Shown here: positions 41,365 to 53,700 of the stretch, piece by piece
How the letters are laid out: every line of letters begins with the position of its first letter
How positions within the stretch are numbered: position 1 is the stretch's first letter
DNA from: Camelus ferus
Taxonomy: Eukaryota
Length of the DNA: 64,000 nt
Direction: 5' to 3'
NCBI RefSeq assembly: GCF_009834535.1
Contig: NC_045698.1
Span: 9,240,001-9,304,000 of the forward strand
Notes under the pieces: model-generated
What the model saw: only the letters and a program-made list of their open reading frames with translations
What the model was told of the DNA's origin: nothing
Databases searched by the model: none
Translations under genes and position numbers: made by a program

Positions 41365-41429
41365 AAAGTGTTGGTTAAAATATAACATAAGACTCAATAC
41401 GACTTATGTTATATTTTAACCAACACTTT
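41365..41429. repeat. Perfect 27-bp inverted repeat with 11-nt spacer
   Basis: aaagtgttggttaaaatataacataag (41365-41391) is the exact reverse complement of cttatgttatattttaaccaacacttt (41403-41429). Confidence 0.97.
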
Positions 41430-42397
41430 TGATCAACATATATAGCCAGCATAAATGTTTCCCTCAAATCAAGACAAAGATCAGGTTTTGAGTGCTTTGA
41501 GTGAAGAATCTAAACAGAGTTTGTTTGTGCTTGAGATAGTAAAATAAAGAAGTAACAAAGTTTGTTTGTATAGACTTAGCCCCAAATTCTCTGTCTGTGG
41601 CAATAAGTGTGTCTTTAATAAGAGCATCTCTTGATGCAGGGAACTCATCTTTCACAAGAGAAATTTGAAATTGGTTATTCAAAATAATCAATATTATATG
41701 TGGCCCTCCCTGAGCCCCACCATGTGTATTCATGTGTAAAAGACAGATATTATCAAAAATGGAATCAGTAGGACAAAATAAATAATCGAGTTTATGTCGT
41801 GGTGGGAAGAGGAGAGAGAGCAGTAGCCTGTTACAATTCATCGTCTGTTCACACAGTTATGATGGACACATATGGAGCTCCCCATGTAGAAAGATCTTGT
41901 AGATTTTGTGAACATGTACATGAAAACCTACCTATGAATACCCGCATGCCATTCCTCACATAAGCACGATGTTCCACGAGCCACTCACAAGAGAATGCAT
42001 ATGGAGAGCAGAACTGCAGTTTACCAAAAACATTAAATTTTAGTTTGAAAAGAAGCATACCTCTCTTAGCTAGAATGGCTTTTCTGGACAATCCAGAGTT
42101 TTTATCTGTGAATTTAAAACTTCAGTCTTATTAACAGATGCAGACTGACTGTGGAACACCAGCTATTGGAGCTTGCCCAAGCACACTCTCTCTGGAAGGG
42201 GAAAGCTGCCTCGGTACCCAAGTCGCCCATCCACATCAGACTCCACCAAAAGTCCCTTTTTATTAGAGCAGGTGGGAGAGTGTCCAGAGCAGTCCTACAG
42301 TGGGCACTCTCCCTCTTCTCATACACATACACCCCAAATAAAGTTGGAAATATACTTTTTAAATGTCGTCATCTCCATATTTGATACATAGTGGATA

Positions 42398-42857
42398 CCC
42401 TGGCTTGAATAATGCCCCTCTCCAAACAAATTCTTGTCCACATAGAACCTCAGAAAGGTTTTGAGGAGTGGAAAAAGGGTTCTTCCAGATGTGATCCATT
42501 AAATTAAGATGAGGTCACACAGCACTAGTGTGGGTCCTACATCCAGTGACTCGTGTCCTTATAAGAGCAGGAGAGGACACACAGAGTCATGGAGATGTGG
42601 AAGGAAGAAGGCCATGGTGACAACAGAGGTGCAGACTGGAGTGATGCAGCTATAAGCCAAGGAAGGTCAAGGTTTGCCAGTAATTACCAAATATTGGGAC
42701 CAGGTAAGGAAGCGTACTCCTGGGGAAGGAGAAAGAATGGTCACACCAACATCTTGATTTTGAACTTCCAGCCTCCAGAACCATGGGACAATGAATACTT
42801 GTTGTTTTAAGCAACCCAATGTAGGACACTCTATTGCAGCCCAAGGAAATTAATACT
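42398..42857 (+). mobile_element. MaLR solo LTR (MLT1C-like)
   Basis: 'gaacctcagaa', 'ttaagatgaggtca', 'gtgtccttataagag', 'gactggagtgatgcagctataagccaagga', 'aacttccagcctccagaac'. Confidence 0.9.
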
Positions 42858-43679
42858 GTAGGATCAATAATTTTAGTTAAAACCGATATTAAAATTTGTG
42901 ACTATTTAAACTAATTATCTGAAATGGAAAAAAATTACCACATAACGAAAATAAGAAAAGGGAATCAAGAAAATAGTAGCTTTTCATAAATTGCTGCTTG
43001 ATACGGAAACCTGAAGACAGAAGGTATGCGTTTGACGTTTATTTCAAGCATTCCTGACAAAATCCTCCACTCTTTCATCTGTTTCCTTAGGGTTAAAGGG
43101 CTTAGCTACAGTTTGAAATACTTCATATAGATAAGCTTACAGACTCAGCTTTTAATGAGACTATTTCAGGAAGAAATATATAATTAAAAGTATAAATCAA
43201 GACTTAAACCCAGCTAAAAGGATTTCTACTAAAATCACAATATGTGTATGCAAATTCACTAGAGTTTAACACACTGGAGGTAAAAAAAGGAAAGAAACTT
43301 ACAGAAAATGCTCATGCTCAAATTTTAGTACTACAGAAGAAAAGGCGACGGGCTTCTTATCTCATGAGAGAGGATGTTTGTGTGTCTCCCTTTGTTTTTG
43401 TTGTTGTCTGCTGTTTGTCATATGGAGATTGAGGATCTCCAATACTCTTTTTATTGCGTAAATGATAGATTCTTGAGTTGTTTCCAATATGGAAGCCTCT
43501 TTCTGACACGAGTGTGGTCCTCAGTGCTAGGAATGTGGACTGGGCTCCATATTGCCACTCCTGAAGGCAAGTGAGAGGGATGAGGACTGCTCATCCCTCT
43601 GCCATGAGGAGCTGGGCTGTGAGGTGCGTTTCGGCCTATTCAGGAAAACTGGTTTTTTACATTTGCCTCCCTTCTGTAT

Positions 43680-43770
43680 GTCCTCTTCTCCTTCCTTTCT
43701 CTTTCTTCCTTTCATTTCCTTCCTTCCTTCTTTCCTTCCTTCATTTCTTCCTTCCTTCCTTTTTCCTTAA
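43680..43770. repeat. (TTCC)n-like pyrimidine low-complexity tract
   Basis: Direct inspection. Confidence 0.85.
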
Positions 43771-45199
43771 TACCTTTTATCTTTCTTAAATATTTTCAAC
43801 TCTTGTTGTAACAGCGTATTCCTTTCCGTATGATTTTATATTTTCTAAATTCATAATAATTAATATATGCTACTTTAATTTTATTTTTATCATTATGAAA
43901 GCCATAGATGGTGTTAACGAAGGGTGGATAATCCCTCTATATGTAGAAGAACACTGTCCAATTCGACCACTTATTGAAGCACTTGGGTGAGGTAGCCTTA
44001 CCTTTCTCCTTGTTCTTATCACTTTTTTAAAGTTTTTATAGTATTGGACTTATACAATTTTAAGTTATTATAATTGAGTTAGAGAGCAAACTAATTTCTC
44101 ATTCATTTTTTTTACAGCAGGAACATCACTTCAGCATCTTACAGCCATGCTCAAGTAGTCAAGCTACATAGTGTCTTTCGCTTACTGGGCACATGCTTAA
44201 GATGAAAGAAATGGCAATCTATAAGCTAAAGCTGAAAATGTCAGTGTGTGAATTGACGTATAGAATAGATAATTATCAAATGGTATAGTAATTATAAGAG
44301 TTTTTAAGGAGTACCATTTGCTTATTAAAAGGTAGGAATACAATTCCTATTGGAAAAAGGATTAGAGTCCTTAATATGTTGACTGAAAGCTTGGCAAATG
44401 TTATATTTGAATTTAATGACAGAGAAATTGCCTGAAAAGAAAAAAGCAGGAATACATGTCTTGTAAATTAGTGAAGAGATTTTGCCACTGTCAACATTAA
44501 TATTTAATCATCAAAGAGTGAATATTTAAAAGACGATATGGTGACTGTGAATACTTGTTTTTAATATCTAGCTAGTCTCACATCACTCTAATAAAACAAT
44601 AAAATAAGTCACTTTAGTTCATTTTGCTAATGCTACATGACGTGTGTGTCAGAAGGAAATTGTTCATCACACTTCCTCAAGGCAGAGCCACAGGAATGAT
44701 ATTTTACTTCTTGTGGTAATATTATGGCTTTTTCCCCCAGCTTGTAATTGCATAAAGTGTCAAGAAAGAAAATGCTTCTAAGTAAAATACAATACATATC
44801 AACTCAAAGAATTACATCAAAAATGCTAACTTGCTGTTTTCTCAACATGGATAATAGCTTTGCTTAGGGGCACTGAAAGCAGAAATACTATCACATGTTG
44901 TCAAGGGGGCAGAGATTGTTGAGACATGTTGCTCCATAAAAGAGAAACAGAAATGTTTTACTTACAAAAATAGCTGTATGAAAAGGGAAAATAGAAATCT
45001 GTACGCCTGATATTACAGCATCTCTTTACCTTTGAGATTGTATTTTCAGATTCCTTAAGAAAATCATTATTATAGACTCAGACCATAAAGGTAATAGCTT
45101 AAATATATATTTAGATTAGAATAGTTTTAATTGTTAATGTTTTCACTGCCATAAACAATAGTAATTAATCAGTGATTTACTTTCTGGGGCAAGAAAGTA

Positions 45200-45900
45200 A
45201 ATAGAGATCCTCTACAAAGTGGACCTAAGGGAGTTGAAAGACATATGGTGAAACTAACTTAAAGAATGAGTTAAATAACTAGATATAATTTATGAGGGAA
45301 TAGTGGAGACCTAGGATTGCCCACAGTTGTCCAGACTGAGGGACTAGGTAAGTGATCATGTCATTCTCTGAGATTAACAAAAATGATATAATAAGATATA
45401 TGGGCAAAATTGGACTAACATGTTTATAAAGCAGATGAGAATGGATGATCATAGAACACCTAAATGTATAGGTGTGGGGCTATGCAGAAAGAGATGGGAA
45501 AGAAAAAAAAATATCAGCCACTAATTGGAGAAAAAGAGACAGACAGACTAGAGAATAGAAGAAAGAATTGAGTCAAAGAAAGAAATATTTCAAAGTTGTA
45601 CTGATACTGAAGATCACAGCTGAGGTCATAGTTTCACATAAATTAGTTCTTCATAGCACAGGGGAAGAACCTGAGAACACCAGAGTGGATATATAAGAGA
45701 AAGAAAGTGAGGATGCTGAGGACACTGGGCAAATGCTGGTGGATGTAGAGAATAAAGAACCTGGGCTGAAATAGAAAGGAAATAAGTAACTCTAAGATCA
45801 ACAGAGTAAGAAAAATGGAAGAATGAGGGGATAAAAGCATTGATAAGTTAGAAGAAACTTTTAAAGGAAACCAAGGAAATAGCAGGTACAAAAAGATAGA
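45200..45900 (-). mobile_element. Degraded L2
   Basis: Purine-rich tract with L2-like motifs ('atggatgatc', 'aatatttcaaag'). Confidence 0.45.
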
Positions 45901-46519
45901 AGCTGTTGTCAGATAATGCTGTCTATTTCTTGTTACATGTGGTTATACAGAAAAAGTGGTTTGGTCCCAGTCCTAAAACATGTGAGATGATACATGTATC
46001 TGAGTCCATCAACTGAAGTACCCCTACATCTAGGTCAGCTTTTGAAGGGCTTTTGTATATCCAGCTAGCTGGAGGCGAAAAAGATAATCAACTCTTTTGG
46101 AACTCTTTTTCTAAAGATGGCATTTAAATGGATCCATCTACCATAGTGGGAAGTTTTGAAAAAGTGAGGGCTTCTTCACCTCCAGCTGAGCACAGAAACT
46201 TTGGAGGTCCATTTTTGCTTCTTAGAGTGTAGACAGGAAAGTGGTTTTACTAGAAGAGTCCAAGAAGTCGTCTCATGTAGTGTCATTGTATATTCCAAGA
46301 GTATCTAGAGAAACAGTATCAGCCAAATAGAATAATCCTCAGTGGACAATACAGCAGAATATCTGTCTTCTTCAGTTAGTAGTAGAATTCCAACAGAAGT
46401 GGGACATTTCCCAAATATGTGCTTGCATCTGTTTGCTTCTGCTCCTTTAGCTAAAGTCCAGAATCAATGTGAAAGGCACAATCCATGGTGTAAATATATT
46501 TAAATCTTATTACATAATA

Positions 46520-47600
46520 TGTTATGTATGAATAAACTCAACAATAAGTGTGCAAGACATCTACAATAGAAATTACAAAGTATTGCTTAGTGAATTTAAA
46601 GAAGACCTAAATAAATGGAAATGTATGCTATGTTCATGTTTTGGAAAGATTCGATGCTGCAAATTGTAATTTCTCTCCAAAATAACCTACAGAATAGCAT
46701 GATTCCAACAATAAACCCAGTAGATTTTTTATTGTTTTTGCAGAACTTTGCAAATTGTTTCTAAAATGTGTATGGAAATTCAAAGGACCTAAAATTCCAA
46801 AACAATTAAAAAAAACCTTATACTTATTTGATTTCAAGAATTACTATAAATCTATACTAATAAAGACAGTAGAATATTGACAAAAGTATTGACAAATGGA
46901 TCAAAAGAAACAAATAGCACAAAACTAAAGCTATCTTTACATAACCACTTGATATTTGACAAAGGTTCCAAAACAGCCCAAAAGGAAAGGGGAAGTTTTT
47001 CCTATAAATATTTCATAAAAACAGAACATACTGTATGCAATAAAATTAAACTCAAATCCTACCTCACACCATACACAAAAATAGAACATAACCTAAGACA
47101 TAATATGTTTAGAAGAGAAATAATCTAGTAGGATATCTCCATAATTTGGGATCAGTAAATATTTCTTAGCATACAAAATGTAATAAACATAAAGAAAAAA
47201 GTTGCTAACTTAGACTTCATCGAAGCTAAACATTTTTGCTCATCTGGAGTCACTCTTAAGAAAATGAATAGGAAAGCCACATTCTGGGGGGGACAATATA
47301 TGCAAAACAAGTGTCTAAGAAAGGACTGTCATTTAGGATAAATAAGGAAATTAATGATTAGAAAAACAAACTCCAAAACAGGCAACAATTTGAAAAAACA
47401 CATCATTAAAGTATGCAAATCACCAATAAGCACATGAAAAGATGCTTGACAACCTTGGTCATTAAAGAAGTTCAATTTAAAATCACATTAACCTACAAAT
47501 GCTTCAGAAAGGTAAAACTAAAAATACTGGAAGTTGAAAGTGTTAGAATGTGTGTGTAACAGCCAGGACTCATATCCACTATTACTAGGAAATCCATAGA
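46520..47600 (+). mobile_element. Old L1 (L1MC/ME) ORF2 3' fragment
   Basis: 'aaagaagacctaaataaatggaa', 'ctaaaatgtgtatggaaattcaaaggacct', 'gatatttgacaaaggt', 'tacctcacaccatacacaaaa', 'aataagcacatgaaaagatgct'. Confidence 0.9.
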
Positions 47601-48867
47601 GAGTGTAGAAATTAACTATTGTATGCATATAAAAACTCTTACAACATACATAATTGATTTAAGATCAAGAATCCTCTAAATTTACAATTAGCATTACATT
47701 TTCATATTTCTTGTTGTAACTTAACTTTTCATCTTGATTTACTATGGGAAGCTTCAATCTCAACACCACTGGTTGCCTTGAAATATGAGCACACACAAGT
47801 CCCCTAGTAACTTATTAAAAATTTTCAGCCTTTCAATGATACTGGAAACATAAAAATCTTTAATTTTCTTTGATTGTTTGCAGGTCTTCTGTGCATTAAA
47901 TTGCTACTGGAAAAAAATTATATTTCATATCACCAGACCCAATGCCATAAAATTAAATTACTGGTAAACTTTCTCTTTAGCCCAATGGCATGTCAGTACT
48001 TTGTATTTTCATAACATTTTATATTCCTATTTTCTTATTCAAGTACTTACCAAACTTCCCTGTTAAACTAAAATTTCAGTAAGTGTAGCATCCATGTACA
48101 TTTACAATATTTTACCCAATAATGATTTTACTTACCACAGCGAGCTTCTAAAGCTATAGAACAATTCATATTTATCTACCCAGGTATCTTCAAATGGTAA
48201 ACACACATATATCTGATATATGCATGGTGGCAAAAGTTTGGCAAAAGTTCAGCAAATATTTATTGACTGGATAAATTGATGAAAAAAATCTACAACTATT
48301 TGTGCTGTACTATTTTATTTTTCATTTCTTTTTTAAACATGCTATAGCTCCATTGCTTACAAGATTGACTACTTCTATAAGATATTTAAGACTATTAAAA
48401 TAAAAATGTAAATTAAAAGAATGAGACAAAACTATTTACACTGCATCCATAATTAAGTCCAAGCTTAGCAAAGTAAAAACAATTATCGATTTTAAAATAT
48501 TTGAATAACCTATTTAGATTTAGCGTGGTACTTGTGATAAAATAGCTTGTGAGAAATTTCTTTCAAATAGTTGATCAATTTGATTGTGTCTTTCTGATAC
48601 AATGGTCTGTGTTTATTTTTTATATCATGAGAATGGAATTCCATATTTTTTTTATTTACCATTGATTAACCCTGTTTCTTAATGGATATTTCTTTTGTGC
48701 TTACCCAGAACAAGGTATCATATATAGTAGAAGCTGGGAAAATGAATGAAGATGAATGAAGACAATATATGTGCTGCAGGAACTGGTGATCTAATGAGGA
48801 AGATATTTTAACAATGATTCCACCAGGACCATATTTAGTTTCAGACTAACATATAGAAAAGCATCTC

Positions 48868-49533
48868 TGTTAGGTAGAATTCTAACACCAACTCCCTCCC
48901 CCACCCCCACCCCCATCCCTCCGTCACCCAAGATTTTGTCCCCTAAACCCTAGGGCTGTGCATATGATGAGATAGAACATCCTAATTATGCTGTGTTAAA
49001 GGTGGGGGGGATTTTTCAGATGCAATTATGGTTACTAATCAATTGATTTTGACTTAATCAAAAGAGAGATTTACGTGGTTGGTGACATGGATACTGCTTT
49101 AAATGGATATTATCCAATCTCCAATTGCATATAAACCCTTTAAAAACAGAGAGAATTCTCTGGCTCGTGGCAGAAGGTGAAGCTGGAGACATTTGAAAAT
49201 TGGGAAGGATTTGATGTGACATCGCTGGCTTGAAGGTGGGAGGAATGTAATGAGGAATATGCATGGCTTCTAGAAACTGAGAGAGGACTTTGACTGACAC
49301 AGCCAGCAGGGAAAGAAGGACCTCCATCCAATGGTTATTGCAATTGAATTTGACCAACAACTAGAATGAGCGTGAGAGTGGATTGACCTTGACTTCAGCT
49401 ACGTGCGGCCATAACAGAAATCCAGTTTAATCCTGTCTCGACTTTTGCTTTTCAGAACTATGAAATAATTAGTAGGGATTGTTTTAAGCTGCCTGATCGT
49501 GATGATTTTCCATGCAGCAATTGAAAACAGCTA
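48868..49533 (+). mobile_element. MaLR LTR (MLT1E-like)
   Basis: 'tgttaggtagaattctaa', 'cagatgcaattatggttactaatca', 'cgctggcttgaaggtgg', 'tgttttaagctgc', 'gcagcaattgaaaac'. Confidence 0.85.
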
Positions 49534-49534
49534 T

Positions 49535-49646
49535 GGGGAGAGGAGGGTATAGCTCAGTGGTGGAGCACATGCTTAGCATGCACGAGGTCCTGTGTTCAAT
49601 CCCCAGTATCTCCATTAAAAAAAAATAAATAAAATAAAAAAAGAAA
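49535..49646 (+). mobile_element. tRNA-derived SINE (camelid vic-1-like), short form
   Basis: 'gagggtatagctcagtggtggagcacatgcttagcatgcacgaggtcctgtgttcaatccccagt' plus A tail; degenerate TSD gaaaacagcta (49523-49533) / gaaaactacta (49647-49657). Confidence 0.92.
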
Positions 49647-50289
49647 GAAAACTACTAACAGCTCTGAGAGCACAAGTTAGACAGTTTTACTGTCTTTAGA
49701 ACCAAGTATGGTTTCATTGCAGATAGGAATTTTTAGCTGTCTTAGATAGGCAGCATTTCCTCAGCTTTGAAAAATCTTATCAATAAGTTGGATAGATGAT
49801 CAAAGGCAAGAGGCAAAATGACTATAGTGCATTCAGGAGTCATGCACTTATGTAATGCCACAAGAATGCCTAGGGTTTAATGGCAGGTGAGACCTCTAAG
49901 ATTGGCTGAGAACACTTTGCGAAGACACTCAAACAGCATGCTAATGAACTTTGACCTCTCAACAATAAAAATTCACGGAAAGCTTTAATTGCTTGTTTTG
50001 TAGAGGAGTGGCATAGTTTCTGTTTGAGAAAATTACCACCAGTAAAAAAGCTAGGATTGAAAAAATAAATGTTGTCATTTTAGACTATGTAATATGATCT
50101 AGAGATTACCAGCCATAATCGGATATATATAGACACTATAAATATTTTAGGAGTTTTTATAGACCTGTATATTTATTTGATTTCATTTCTCTGGACTTTG
50201 ATGTTTTTGGGTGCAATTAGTGTGCAGCCTTGAGAAAATTAAAATTAAAGTATGTGTGCATATAAGTTTTTTTATTATTTTTACAACAG

Positions 50290-50640
50290 AAAATAGGTAC
50301 ACTAAATTGAATGGCATAAACAATAGCATGCATTAATGGTCATTCGTCTATGAGTCAGCTGGAGACATCTTTGGGTCTTAATGGGGCTCACTCATGCATC
50401 TACTTGCAGCTGTGGATGAGAATCTAAGCTGACAATGGCTGGGCTGTCTCAGTTTGGCTGTAGGCTATTAGACAGCCCCAGCTTGGGGAGCTGAGCTCTC
50501 CTTCAAGCTGTCTCTTATTCTCCTACAAGCTCTGCCTGTCTCATTGTGAAAGCTAGCTTCATAAATGACAGAACATCACTACTTCCATGTTCTATTGGAA
50601 GAAATAAGTCACAAGTTTAGCCCATGTTAAAGCCCTTGGA
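50290..50640 (-). mobile_element. Old MaLR LTR (MLT1H-K-like)
   Basis: 'aatggcataaacaat', 'gggctcactcatgcatct', 'catcactacttccatgttctattgg...aagtcacaag'. Confidence 0.65.
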
Positions 50641-51526
50641 AAACTGATTTCACTGCTTGATGACAAGTGAGCCAAGTCATAAGGCAATGATTGTAGATAC
50701 AGGAAAGAATAATGGTTTCGGTCTCCATCATTCCATTACTGTATGTTTTCACTTCTTCAAGAAAACCTCCACCCATTGGTTGTAAAGTCATAAAATCAAA
50801 TGCTTTCAGGATCAAGTGAATGATGTAAGATATGAAAATACCTGAACAATAGGGACATATTGTGTTTGGTAAACTGGGAAAGGGATGATAATTGCAAAGA
50901 TAATTTCAAAAGCAATTTTGAAAAGCAGTGTTCTAGGCAAACATCTTTCAAGGAAAAACTCAGCCTTTGGTTATATTATCTTTTATTAAAGAAAGGTCAA
51001 TTTTATTATAGAATATTAATTTGAATGATATGCATTTCTGATTTCAATGCTTAATAGTTTTCTTTGTAATATTTCCCTCTACTATACCATAACTTTTCAG
51101 TGAAATAATTCATTTTACTTTCTCTCAGGGCAAGGGCACGCTTTACCCTGACCTGCTTGTTCATTGTTTCCAGTTTCATGATGCGTTGCAAAACAAACTC
51201 TTCAATTATAGAAATATTAGCTCATTTCTTTTCAGGAATAATTTCAGAAGCATCAATATCAACATATTTCAAGATGTTTATCAATCATTGTCTTTTTTGA
51301 CTTCATTTTTTGTTACCGAAGGAAGTTTTTACCATTCTAATGCTGGCTAGTTTGAATCAGAATTGCAAAACAAAGTGCTCAGGATACTTATTAATAATAA
51401 TGTTGATCACATTTCACCTGAGAACAGTCCCACAATAGCTGATAATTCCATAAACCAAAGTAATAAAATGTTCTGGTTGCAATAGTGGTTTACAAGGAAA
51501 TTTCTTTTTAACACGTATCTAGGTGA

Positions 51527-52268
51527 GTTTGACATAGTGTCGCTTGCTGATTTTTGCTTTTGTTGTTTATGCTTTTAGTGTTACATCCCAAGCCCCCCAA
51601 GAACGTCATTGTCAAGGCCAGCGTCCAGGAGATTCTCCCTTATGTTTTCTTCTAGTTTTCTAGTGTCAGGTGAACGTTATGTGTTAGTCTTTGATCCAGT
51701 TTGTGTTAATTTTTTCTGAGTGGTGTAAGATAGTGGCTTGATTTTGTTTACCTGCATATGTTTATGCCATTTTCCCAACACCATTTGTTGAAGAGACTAT
51801 CATTTTCTCATTGTGTGTCCTAGGCTCCCATGTTGGACATTAGTTGACCATATACATGGATGCTTAATTCTGGGTTCTCTATTCTGCTTCATTTTCTCAT
51901 GTGTCTATTTTTATGCCAGTGCCACACTGTTTTAATTACTGTGCCTTTGTAATATAGCTTGCAACCAGGAAGTGTAATGCCTCCAGCTTTCTATTCTTTC
52001 TCAGAATGGCTTTGGCTTTTCAGGATTTTGTGCTTCCATACAAATTTTAAGAATATAGGTTACAATACTGTATTATAATCATAAGACTGGTTAAGAGACT
52101 AGATTTTAATTATTTCCACCACAAAAAGAAATGATAATTATGTGACATGATAGAGGAGCTAATGCTGCAATGGCAATCATATATAAACATATCAAATCAA
52201 GATTTCATACATCTTAAATTTGTACAATGGTATATATAAAATATATTTCAATTAAAAATAAAAATAAT
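51527..52268 (+). mobile_element. L1MA9-like insertion: inverted ORF2 segment (minus, 51527-52054) joined to sense 3' end (52055-52268)
   Basis: Antisense 'tttttgcttttgttg', 'cccaacaccatttgttgaagagact', 'tgcctccagcttt', then sense 'aatactgtattataatc...tgtacaatg...tttcaattaaaaataaaaataa'. Confidence 0.85.
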
Positions 52269-53574
52269 AGGTACCAAGTTGAAATAAACTATATTATGCC
52301 TTTTTACTACAAAAGTTGTATAAACTAACATTAGCAGATGACTTCCAGGGACTCTAGCCAACAAAGAATGTAGCAAGTCCACATGAGGCAATGTGGACCA
52401 TGTAACACATGGGAAAACATTAGCTTTATATTGACATGTCCCAAAACTATTTGGTTTATCTTTAAAACTCTAATAAATCTGTTTTTGAGGCTCTCTTTGA
52501 AATTGAAACTGAAGTATTGACATTAACACTCAGGAAATTATAGTGAGACCTTGAATAAAGCATTTCCCTCGTTGCAAATGAACTTACATATCACTTATTA
52601 ATAGATTCTTCTCCCTCACTGTGCATGCTACTCTATTGATCAATTAATTTTAAAAGTGAGATGTTTAATTAAGAATTTTCTTATTACAAGTCTGAGCCTT
52701 GGCTATTGCAAAGTGTAGAAATGACTCCATCTAAGAGTGAAAAATTCAAGGATGCCTATGTATTCAAATCTGAAGATTCTTGACTTAGCATTATCATTAT
52801 TTCAAATATTTCTATGAGTACTTTAAAATAATTTCTGTAATTCTTTATTATATCATTTTGATCAGAGTGTCTTTAAAATATAGTTACCTAGACCATTTCA
52901 AATGGTAAAGAATTAACATTTAGTTTCACATTTCCAATCCCTCAGTTTCTTTTGAGGGGAGGAACAAAATCCAATTTTCTACAGTTTCCACCTTGCAGTT
53001 TTTCCAGTGCTTGGGAGAAACTATGTTGGTATATTAGGAAAAAAGAGCATACATTCTTTTCATTTCTTCTCCTAAATCAGACTGAGGATTGCTTCCCATT
53101 GTATAATTCAAAATGATTTGGAATGAAAAGCAAATGTCCCATCATGATAAATTTATTTTTATTAATAACCCACTCATTAAATATACTGCTTAAATTTATT
53201 TTTGCTACAGAATATGCTTTGATTTCTCTAGACCTGTGCCAAGTTACTAATAAATTGTCACTACATCTGCTGTTCCAGTGTCATTCCTCCCACTTGCAAA
53301 CTTCAAGATCTTAACTATCAATACACTAAAAGTATAAAGCTGTTTTAACGTCAGTAGTGCTAAGTGGGGTCATGTTCAGTGGCCCCTCTGATCATAGCAC
53401 CTTCTGTTCAGTGCACATACTTAGTAATGTTCAAACAGTAAGTGTTGTAATAGGAAAGGTCTTCCTAGGAAACGATAGTATAAAAGACAAACCTATAACA
53501 CTTAGCATAGCTGCTAATTACTACCCTTGTTACATTAATCATACATAACATTGCACTAGAATCAGAAAATCAGA

Positions 53575-53700
53575 GAGTATTAGAGAGGAAACATGTGTGA
53601 GATCATCTGCATCAATCCAGTAATGTTACAGAAACTGAGGACCAGACATGAGAAGGGACTAGTCAAAGGGGACAAAGATGAGAACATGAGTATCAGTTAA
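53575..53700 (-). mobile_element. MIR fragment
   Basis: 'gagatcatct...ttacagaaactgaggaccaga'. Confidence 0.55.

Noticed and set aside
49540..49612. tRNA-Ala-like gene (also 6500-6572)
   Set aside because: A-rich tail, TSDs and broken stems identify these as SINE copies, not tRNA genes.
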